Positions 1 through 7,866 of a stretch of DNA of 32,000 nucleotides are shown here, in pieces. Location of the stretch: contig NC_008312.1 in the NCBI RefSeq assembly GCF_000014265.1, forward strand, positions 5,040,001 to 5,072,000. The letters are read 5' to 3'. Below the pieces are notes generated by a model that was not told the DNA's origin, made no database searches, and saw only the letters and a program-made list of their open reading frames with translations. Position 1 is the stretch's first letter. Each line of letters opens with the position of its first letter. The DNA comes from Trichodesmium erythraeum IMS101. GTDB taxonomy: Bacteria; Cyanobacteriota; Cyanobacteriia; Cyanobacteriales; Microcoleaceae. Made by a program: the position numbers and the translations under genes.

Positions 1-141
1 AAAAATCTATATCTAACAAGGATTTTCAGTAACTGATTTGTAATATTCATTTTTTATATATGGTATCATCAATCTGAAAAGTACTCTTTTTGAATGAAAA
101 CATGACTTCCTTTTGCTAAACAATATCTATATCTAAAATTT

Positions 142-150
142 TGGTATAAT
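142..150 (+). promoter_or_regulatory. Candidate extended -10 promoter element (TGgTATAAT) upstream of bL25 gene
   Basis: TGGTATAAT at 142-150, about 32 nt upstream of the ATG at 182. No convincing -35 at canonical spacing. AT-rich background makes chance matches likely. Confidence 0.25.
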
Positions 151-181
151 AAGTAAGCAAATTAAGAGAAAAAAAGTCAAG

Positions 182-490
182 ATGGAAGTTACAGTAGAAT
201 GTCAAAAAAGACCATTAGGAAGCAAAACTAAAGCTTTACGAAGGGAAGGATTAATTCCTGCAGTATTGTATGGTCATCAGCTTACAGAATCAGTTTCATT
301 AACAATTGATATTAAGGAAGCGCAGCAGTTGTTAAAAAATGCTTCTACGAATAAGACTGTTATTGATCTTAAAGTTCCTGAGATTTCTTGGAATGGTAAA
401 ACTCTTCTTAGGGAAGTTCAATATCATCCCTATAAATCTGAGATTTACCACCTGAGCTTTTTCTCCATAAGCGATCGCGGAGATACTTAA
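182..490 (+). CDS. rplY: 50S ribosomal protein bL25 (short form)
   Basis: 102-aa ORF. The N-terminus ...ALRREGLIPAVLYGH and the C-terminal ...REVQYHPYKSEIYHLSF match the L25 pattern (E. coli L25 has ...FPAIIYGG... and ...VQRHPYKPKLQHIDF). Confidence 0.8.
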   Translation: MEVTVECQKRPLGSKTKALRREGLIPAVLYGHQLTESVSLTIDIKEAQQLLKNASTNKTVIDLKVPEISWNGKTLLREVQYHPYKSEIYHLSFFSISDRGDT

Positions 491-1386
491 TAAATAATAT
501 TAAATCTGTTTGGGAGTAGAGTATTATTAAGAAACCAGGTTGATAGGAGACATACGTTAGTATGCTAAGAAACCTATAGCTAAAGTCAGAAATTTAGTTC
601 ACAGCACAGACTAAATGTGAGATAGGTAAGAATGTCTGTGCTAGTAACGGCAACTGCTATAATACAAGACAGGCTTCTATATTTTATTGATACCAATACT
701 ACTGGATTTAATATAATTGCGCGTCTATGGGGCTTGGTTATCAAGTCCCTATCGGCTATTATTTCAGGTATCAGTTATTACTTACACCAAATTTCCCAAG
801 TGTAATATAGAATCCAGTTATATAATATATATTTATAATTCTATAATTACTTATTACTTCAATATTCTATCTCCCCACTTTCCCGGGAACCCCATCTCCC
901 CGAATTATACAATAAGTATTCAACCGTATTTGATCTCAGAGGGTATTTTTATCAAGTAATAGCGTTGCTAAATAGGGGGTTAGCTTTTTTATACCTAGAC
1001 TTGTTGGTCTGAGCTTCCGAGTGAGAGAAACTGTGAAATTCCTTACCTCCCCTTGAAGTTGGAGACCTGAAATACATAATTTTCTTGACTATTTCTTTAA
1101 AAGGGGAAGCTAAAACCTTATTTATTATTTACTTTGATATCCTAGCGACATCAAATCAGAGATTATAATGTAAGATTTCCATCTATTAATTAAACAACCT
1201 AAGCTGTTCAAAAAACTGAAGGCAGATTAACAAATTATTGCTATTTGCTTGCTTTTTACAGAGAGACTGATATAGTCATTCCGAATAAGAATAAGATACT
1301 TTTTCAGCTAAAACCCTTTAAAGCTAGAAAAAACTTGTCTCAATTAATCACCAGAATGACTATAACTGCTCCGTGTCTGTTTAATT

Positions 1387-1407
1387 GTCGACCGTCGACC
1401 GTCGGTG
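1387..1407. repeat. Tandem heptamer GTCGACC GTCGACC GTCGGTG (STRR-like short tandem repeat)
   Basis: Read directly from the sequence. Lies 26 nt beyond the stop of the minus-strand kinase gene. Confidence 0.7.
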
Positions 1408-1432
1408 ACTATATCAAAAAGTGAATGAGAAA

Positions 1433-2443
1433 TTAGGCATTAATTATTTGTTGAACTTTATCGGCCCAAGACCCTTCTAAACGTGGACCTTGAATTTGTA
1501 CAACGTTAGAAGCTAGATAATTTCCCCAACGTGCAGCTTGAGTAGGTTCATAACCATGAGTAAGACCATATAACACACCTCCAGCAAAAGCATCTCCTGC
1601 ACCAACAGTATCGATCGCCGTTGCATTAAACCCAGGTACGGAAGTAATTTGTTTATCCTTAACAACTAAACAACCTTCCTTGCCATTGGTAATAAAAGCT
1701 GTTTCTACCAACTCTCCTATACTTTTTGCAGAGTCATCTAAAGAGTCTTTTTTGCAAAAACTACGGGCTTCATCAGCATTACAGAATAATACATCACAAT
1801 AATCTAAAAGTAATGAACGGAACTCATCAGCGAACATATCTACTAGGAACTGATCTGAGAAGGTAAAACAAACTTTTACTTTTTCATCCTTAGAATATTG
1901 CATAGCTTGCTTACAAGCTTCTTTTGTACTGTCTCCAGTCCACAAATAACCTTCTACATAACTATATTTGCAACGCTTAATTTGTTCTACATCAATATCA
2001 CTAACACTAAGATTTACAGATACTCCCAAATTTGTACACATGGTACGTTCAGCATCGGGGGTTGTCAGTACAACACAAGTACCAGTGGGGTTATCTGCTG
2101 TAGGTGCAGGAGGTACATTAAAATCCATTTTAAAGTTGAGCATATCTTGGCGGTATAGTTCTCCGTTAGGATCACTGGCAACTTTTGCCACAAAAATACC
2201 TGTTCCTCCACTCTGAGCGAGGGCTATCATGGAATTTGCTGCTGAACCTCCGGAACGCTTTTTTAAAGATATATCTTTTAGTCCTGCCAAAATTCCTCCT
2301 TGTTTTTGAGCATCCATAAGAGTCATGCCACTTTTTTGGAGGGAAAATTTGGTGATAAAGTCTTCTTCTACAAGTGCGAGGATGTCAACTAGGGCGTTAC
2401 CGACACCATATACATCTAATTTTTGGGTGTTTACTGCTGTCAT
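1433..2443 (-). CDS. PfkB-family sugar/nucleoside kinase, most likely adenosine kinase
   Basis: 336-aa ORF with an ATG start. Has the N-terminal GxGNALVD motif (VYGVGNALVDIL) and the C-terminal PfkB signature DTVGAGDAFAGG. Overall layout is typical of cyanobacterial adenosine kinases. Confidence 0.8.
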   Translation of the reverse strand: MTAVNTQKLDVYGVGNALVDILALVEEDFITKFSLQKSGMTLMDAQKQGGILAGLKDISLKKRSGGSAANSMIALAQSGGTGIFVAKVASDPNGELYRQDMLNFKMDFNVPPAPTADNPTGTCVVLTTPDAERTMCTNLGVSVNLSVSDIDVEQIKRCKYSYVEGYLWTGDSTKEACKQAMQYSKDEKVKVCFTFSDQFLVDMFADEFRSLLLDYCDVLFCNADEARSFCKKDSLDDSAKSIGELVETAFITNGKEGCLVVKDKQITSVPGFNATAIDTVGAGDAFAGGVLYGLTHGYEPTQAARWGNYLASNVVQIQGPRLEGSWADKVQQIINA

Positions 2444-2484
2444 TTATTTTTCTATTATTTAGCCGTCTAGGATAATATCATGTC

Positions 2485-3718
2485 CTATTCTTGACATCCT
2501 CCCGACGCTGCTATACTTGAGACAGCGCGGGATTCCCTAGCATTACTGTTAGGGAGTTTCTGCTTCATAGCACCTGCCTTCCGAGATTTATTCTCTTCCG
2601 GTTTTACGGTCGCTCCACAGACTGACACTGCTAGTCCCGCAGCCAAAATGTTTATGCTTGCGTTTATGTCCCGATCATGGTGGCTACCACATTCAGGGAA
2701 ATCCCAATCTCTAATATTTAGAGGTAATTTCTCTACTACATAACTACAATTAGAACAACCCTTAGAACTGGGAAAATATCTATCAATTTTAATTAATTCC
2801 AGTCCATACCACTCAGCTTTGTACTGTAATTGCTTGGCTATTTCTCCCCAGTTAGCATGAACTGATAGCTATTGCTAACAAGTGATTCTTGACCATGTTA
2901 CTTGTAGCTAAATCCTCAATTACTATTGTTTGGTTTTCTCTTATTAGTTGAGTAGTTAGCTTATGGGTGTAGTCTAGTCTTGAATCTTTAATCAAGGCAT
3001 GTATCCTAGCTACTTTAAGTCGAGTTTTCTGACAATTATTAGACCCTTTGGCTTTTCTGCTCAGAGACTTCTGAGCGAACCTCAGTCTTTTGTGCAACTT
3101 TTGAAGATTATTTTGATTGGGCACTTCTTCTCTATCGCTGGTAGTCAGTAAGCTGATCATGCCCAAGTAAATGCCTACTTGTTTCTTAGTCGGATTGAGT
3201 CTCAAATCTCTGGTGTCATTAATTCTCAAAGATATAGACCATCTACCACTAGGATCAAGTTTGACAGTGATTTTACTAGGCATACAACCTGGTGGTAATT
3301 GCCTGATCGATCTAATAGATAAGGGTTCTAAACACTTAGCTAAATAGACTTGGCCATCTTTCCACTAGAAGGCTGCCTTAGTAAACTCAGCACTACCACC
3401 GTTGCGCTTTTTTTTGAAGTTAGGATATTTAGTCCGCCCGCTAAAAAAGTTGGTGAAAGCAGTTTGTAAATGTTTTAAGCCTTGCTGGAGTGGTACACTA
3501 CTTTGACTCAGAAAATCTAAATCTTCCTGTTTTTTCCAGTTCGTCAGCATAGCTGAGGTTTGTTTGTAACCTACTCGTTCCTGGTGTTTATACCAGGCTT
3601 GAGTCCTGACGGCTAAGGCAAAGTTGTAGACTAAACGTACGCAACCCAATGTTCTCCTCAGCGGACTTTCCTGTTGAGGAGTTGGGTAAAATCTAAATTT
3701 GTATGCTTTTTCAACCAT
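2485..3718 (-). pseudogene. tnpB: tnpB (RNA-guided nuclease of IS605 family), inactivated
   Basis: N-terminus MVEKAYKFRFYPTPQQ... (3718-3368). In-frame TAG at 3365-3367. The same frame continues WKDGQVYLAK...KITVKLDPSGRW...IVIEDL to about 2860. A 1-nt frameshift lies near 2855-2875. The C-terminus in the shifted frame reads ANWGEIAKQLQYKAEWYG...CSNC...CGSHHDRDINASINI (zinc finger plus RuvC-III). The RuvC-I motif reads GIYLG instead of GIDLG (TAC at 3167-3169). Confidence 0.85.
2491..2650 (-). ncRNA. Candidate omega (re)RNA scaffold region of the tnpB element
   Basis: By analogy with characterised TnpB systems, the guide RNA scaffold derives from the 3' end of tnpB plus the right end. This stretch contains the RE hairpin. 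No expression or structural evidence is available, and the extent is approximate. Confidence 0.3.
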
Positions 3719-3855
3719 TTACTGCCTACTTTTCAACATTCATACTTTAACAGATTATTTGTAAAACTGCAAGATTTATTAGCATTCATCCCGACGCTCC
3801 CCTATGGAAGAGCGCGGGTCTTCTGCCAACATTTAGATAAAATTAAAAGTCAAAA
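2491..3855 (-). mobile_element. IS200/IS605-family element, tnpB-only (IS1341-like), about 1365 bp, decayed
   Basis: Contains tnpB. Both ends carry similar subterminal imperfect hairpins on the same strand (2500-2533 TCCCGACGCT...AGCGCGGGA; 3789-3819 TCCCGACGCT...AGCGCGGG). On the element strand the right end finishes ...GGAGGATGTCAA (TCAA, as at the IS608 right end). A TTAC (plus-strand GTAA, 3856-3859) precedes the proposed left end. Exact termini are inferred, not proven. Confidence 0.65.
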
Positions 3856-3988
3856 GTAAGAATATTTCATAATTTTTTCTCTAGGAATAATATGCTTGGA
3901 GTTGGTAGATGTAGGTATGATGATGAAAGAATGTGATCGCTAAGTAGTTAGAAGTTTTTGAGTTAATGGTATGGGAATATCTCTGAAT

Positions 3989-4440
3989 TTAAGAAGGGTG
4001 AATTAATAATTTCACTGAATATCCCAGCATAATTTCCAACTTAGAGTAACAAAGGGTTTTTCGTTTGAGGCAAGCAAGATAATGATGGAGCTTGGTATTT
4101 TCTCCCTCAACTCTGGTCATGTAGGTTTTGCTGACAATTGGTTGCTGTCAAGAATAAATTTGGGATAAACTTTCGAGCCATTAGTGATGTAAAGGTAGTA
4201 TTTCCAGAAGGCTACAATTTCACACAATGGTTGAAAGGTTTCGGCATTATGTTGTCTGAGCCTGAGTACCCATCCTAAAATGCTTGGTCGATAAAGTATC
4301 TAGCGCTGTCGAGAGGTAAATTTTGTTTTTTTTGACCCAAGGTTTCCAGTTCATCTAATTCTCTGTCTTTGGGAATTGTTTCCAGTTCATAAGCGCTAGG
4401 CAATAATTCTCTTACTTACTTGTTTAATCAAATGATAGTT
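3989..4440 (-). pseudogene. IS1-family transposase (InsB-like) 3' remnant
   Basis: Minus-strand translation with several stops and frameshifts gives ...ELDELETLG.KK..., ...KVYPKFILD..., ...MTRVEGENTKLHHYLACLKRKTLCYSKLEIML.... This parallels the C-terminus of E. coli IS1 InsB (...[21 protein letters not shown]...) and the IS1-like copy at 21158-21924. Confidence 0.55.
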
Positions 4441-4994
4441 GTCATATGACTTATGCTTTTAACTTTTCCAATTGCTTTCAAAGCCATACTTTAATGTACA
4501 TAGTTAGGTATTTATTTTTTAGCTCATCGTATGGAAATTTTTTGTATTTGATAACATTTTAAAAACTGTCTTTGATAATTAACACAGATATAATTGTGTT
4601 TTATTTTCTTTTATCTCTTTTTGTTAACTTTAGTTGATTGACATTCAGGAAATTGCATTAAAGTGCACTTATAAGAGTTTTTTGGAAATATAATACTAGA
4701 ATTTACCAACGCAAATTTTTCCTTCAACTATCCATTGAATAAGAGCTTGTAGACTTGCTTTTTTTCTATATAAATCATCTAAAACAATAAAATTATGCAC
4801 TATGATTTTTTTCATTAAAACATTGTTTAACATTTTAGTTTCGAGAACTAAACAATTATTTTACATGCATATTTTTTTCCACAAAGCTTATATTTTTTTA
4901 TTAACAATATCTATTACTTATTTTCTCTAAAACTAGGGTTTTTATAACCAAACATAGTGACTATAATTATCCTTTTTTTTCTAAAATAAAATGA

Positions 4995-5490
4995 CAAAGA
5001 TTAAATTTATTTAATCATTTCCACAAAAACTTATACAATCTTTCTATAATCTTTAGTATCATAATTTTTTATATCAATAAATACTAAATTATTTTCCAAT
5101 AAAAAATCCAGCCTAGAGCAGTGGTAGCCGCGCCATAAAGAAAAGGAATATTTTTATTATCTTGTTGATTATATATATTTTTTAGCAGCCACCATTTCTA
5201 CAAAAACATTCTCTTAAAACACCAAATATCTTTTCATTTTTAGTTTTTACAATAACAACTACAGGAGTATCTAAATAAAGTTGTTCAGGAGATTTACTAA
5301 TAATAAAATTACAAACTCTATTCAATTCTTTCTCCTTATCAACTGCAAAATCTATACCCTAGAAAAAAATTATTTGAAGTTGTTTCTTAATCTCCAGTAA
5401 GATATTAATAATTATTAGCTTCAAATTTACTTTTTCTATAGCGATCGCTATAGCAATAGATACATTGTTTTTAATATCTTAACTCAGAAA
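4995..5490 (-). pseudogene. Decayed paralog of the PD-(D/E)XK-like gene at 10039-10533
   Basis: Nucleotide similarity is readable by eye along the whole gene and about 300 bp upstream (about 4995-5825 versus 10039-10753). Examples: CATTTCCACAAAAA, ACAACTACAGGAGTATCTAAATA, TAGCGATCGCTA. Multiple stops and indels. No ORF of 60 aa or more in the track. Confidence 0.6.
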
Positions 5491-5952
5491 CTACTAATCT
5501 CTACAGGTTTAACTTGAGAAAATAAGTATTCTGTGTATACAATTTTAAACTTAAACTCAGACTTGACTTTTTTTTAATTTAAAGTCACTATATGAGATTT
5601 TCCTATTAACTACTACAAATCATTTTATAGTAATTCTAAATCTTGCATATAAAACCACTAGCTTTCTCAAAATATAGCTCCTGTTCCTTTCGCTTCCTAC
5701 CTCATACTTTATATTCGCCCATTTATTTCACTGTTTAAATCGAATTGCTATATATCCTGAATTATACTCTTAATTAACAATCAAATATTATCAAAAAATA
5801 TTGATTTATAACATAATTACAAGCAGTATAAAAACCTGAAATTATTAGAAAATATTCATGGTATTATATCCAGGTAATTAGTAATAACAAGCTTTTTCCC
5901 TTCTGCTTTCTGCCAGGAGCTTTCAAAGTATAAATATTCAACCGGACAAGAT

Positions 5953-6927
5953 ATGACACGAACTCCTCACGACCAATTTGCCAAACAATATTTAGAAGAG
6001 TTGCTAACTTTATTAGGTAAAGTTGAAACCAGTCGGGATGTTGCCAGCGAAGTCCGGGAAATAGATGTATATTTTATCCCTGTCATTCCACCGCCAAACG
6101 ACCCTAAAATTTTAGGGTTATTAGGCCAAATGGCAGCAACTGCTTCTATATATGAACCATTTCGCAATCAACCACAACGACTAGAAATACTAGACTGCCA
6201 AGCAAAACTCAACTTTGTTATTAATCAGCAAAAACGTAAATCTAGAAGAGAAAATACTTCCTATTCTGAAACAGAGTGGCCATTACTGTGGATTTTATGT
6301 CCCTCCTGTTCTGCCAAATTAATAGACGGCTTTGGTGCCCAACCAGACCTAGAGGGTAAATGGCCTCAAGGTGTTTATTTTTTGCCAGAATTTCAAAACA
6401 CGGCCATTATTGCAATTAATCAACTACCTATCAATCAGGATACTCTTTGGTTGAGGGTTTTGGGAAAAAGCCAAACACAAGAGCAAGCTATTTCAGAGTT
6501 AGAAGCTCTACCAAGAGGCAACCCACTCCGAGAAAATCTAACTGAACTTCTAGCAAGTTGGCACGTCACAATTCAATTCAGAGAAAATATAGATAAAGAT
6601 GACCAGGAGTTACTAATGAAACTTTCACCTGTATATTTACGTTGGCGCGAAGATACCTTGGAGCAAGGCCGCCAAGAAGGTCGCCAAGAAGGTCGCCAAG
6701 AAGGCCGCCAAGAAGGTCGCCAAGAAGGTCGCCAAGAAGGCCGTCAAGAAGGCCAACAGACGATAAAACGACAAATGATTGAAAATTTCTTCAATGTCCG
6801 GTTTGGTTCCTTTGAACCAGAACTTTTGGCCATTATTGAACCAATGTTGCAATTATCTCCAGAGGAGTTAACTCCTTTATTATTAACTGCTTCTCGTGAG
6901 GAATTGTTTGAGAGATTTGGCAAGTAA
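5953..6927 (+). CDS. Rpn/YhgA-like putative PD-(D/E)XK nuclease with EGRQ repeat linker and DUF4351-like C-terminal domain
   Basis: 324-aa ORF. The N-terminus PHDQFAKQYLEELL...EVREIDVYFIP...IYEPFRN resembles the cyanobacterial Rpn/transposase_31-like family. The C-terminus ...IENFFNVRFGSFEPELLAIIEPMLQLSPEELTPLL resembles DUF4351. The family call comes from memory of motifs, not a search. Confidence 0.7.
   Translation: MTRTPHDQFAKQYLEELLTLLGKVETSRDVASEVREIDVYFIPVIPPPNDPKILGLLGQMAATASIYEPFRNQPQRLEILDCQAKLNFVINQQKRKSRRENTSYSETEWPLLWILCPSCSAKLIDGFGAQPDLEGKWPQGVYFLPEFQNTAIIAINQLPINQDTLWLRVLGKSQTQEQAISELEALPRGNPLRENLTELLASWHVTIQFRENIDKDDQELLMKLSPVYLRWREDTLEQGRQEGRQEGRQEGRQEGRQEGRQEGRQEGQQTIKRQMIENFFNVRFGSFEPELLAIIEPMLQLSPEELTPLLLTASREELFERFGK
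6664..6756 (+). repeat. In-frame 12-bp tandem repeat CAAGAAGG(T/C)CGC, about 7.7 units, encoding (QEGR)n
   Basis: Units at 6673-6684, 6685-6696, 6697-6708, 6709-6720, 6721-6732, 6733-6744 and 6745-6756, plus a partial unit at 6664-6672. Units differ only at T/C wobble positions. Confidence 0.95.
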
Positions 6928-6960
6928 TTATTTCTAAATACTAGGCAAATATTAATTCTT

Positions 6961-7768
6961 TTCGCAATCAACCACAAGGACTAGAAATACTAAACTGCCA
7001 AGCAAAACTCAACTTTGTTATTAATCAGCAAAAACGTAAAACTAGAAGAGAAAATACTTCCTATTCTGAAACAGAATGACTGTTACTGTGGATTTTATGT
7101 CTTTCCTGTTCTGCCAAATTAATAAACGACTTTGGCGCCGAACCAGATCCAGAGGGTAAATGACCCACAGGTATTTAGGGTTTGCTTCTTAAACCAAAAA
7201 GTATTGAGACATGAAGGTTTTAGAATTTTTAAACTCGAAAAAAGTGTCTAGTTTTCGGTTGTAGGGAGGTTCGCATTTTTGTTATGCAACTTCTCTACTT
7301 CTCATCCTGGGAGATATTAGTGGTAGGTTCTCTACTCCTAAAAAAGACTTTTTCAGCAAGCCTTATTTATTTTTTGCCAGAATTTCAAAACACGGCCCCT
7401 ATTCCAATTAATTAATTACCCATCACACACTCCGAGAAAATTTAACCTAGCTTCTAGGAAGTTGGCACATCACAATTCAATTCAGAGAAAATATAGATCA
7501 AGATGGTTAGGAGTTACTAATAAAACTTTCACCTGTATATTTACCTTGGCGGGAAGGTACCTTGGAGAAAGGTAGCCAAGAAGGCCAAGAGACGATAAAA
7601 CGACAAATGATTGAAAATTTCTCCAATGTCCAGTTTAGTTCCCTGCACTCATAACTATTGGCCATTATTGAACCAATGTTCTAGTTGTCTTTAGAAGAGT
7701 TGACTTTTTTGTTATTGAATGCTTTGAGGGAATAGTTGTTGGAGAGATTTGGCGAATAGTTATTTCTT
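6961..7768 (+). pseudogene. Tandem partial duplicate of 6161-6936 (codons about 70 to end of the Rpn-like gene), decayed
   Basis: Collinear nucleotide similarity at offset 800 (TTCGCAATCAACCACAA... through ...GAGAGATTTGGC.A.TA.TTATTTCT). It has many stops, only 1-2 repeat units where the parent has 7-8, and a 185-bp insertion. Confidence 0.85.
7178..7362. mobile_element. MITE-like 185-bp insertion in the duplicate copy
   Basis: Absent from the parental sequence at 6375-6385. Flanked by TATTTA (7172-7177 and 7364-7369) where the parent has a single TGTTTA. Ends are GGTTTGCT... and ...AGCAAGCC (short inverted match). The right 36 nt resembles 31452-31488. Confidence 0.45.
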
Positions 7769-7803
7769 GGTTCCTCAAATTAATTATAAAATTATCAATG
7801 ATA

Positions 7804-7832
7804 GTAGACAAATATTGATCCTATTTGTCTAC
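7804..7832. terminator. Perfect 10-bp hairpin (GTAGACAAAT-9 nt-ATTTGTCTAC) between convergent pseudogenes; possible bidirectional terminator
   Basis: Stem read directly. Followed by TTTAATT on plus. Weak U-tract. Confidence 0.3.
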
Positions 7833-7866
7833 TTTAATTAGACTATTTTGCTATTTTTATTAAATA

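Noticed and set aside
717-959. 80-aa ORF in the spacer after the bL25 gene
   Set aside because: The translation is AT-driven low complexity (IIYIYNSIITYYFNIL). There is no SD and no motifs, so it is probably non-coding.
1898-2216. Plus-strand ORFs 1898-2158 and 1968-2216
   Set aside because: Antisense to the well-supported PfkB kinase gene, with no recognisable motifs.
3674-3859. 61-aa plus-strand ORF
   Set aside because: Overlaps the tnpB start in antisense and the left-end hairpin of the IS element. It is explained by the mobile element.
5967-6977. Minus-strand ORFs 5967-6167, 6637-6852 (FLATFLATFL...) and 6744-6977
   Set aside because: Antisense to the Rpn-like gene. The FLAT repeat is simply the reverse-complement reading of the 12-bp QEGR repeat.
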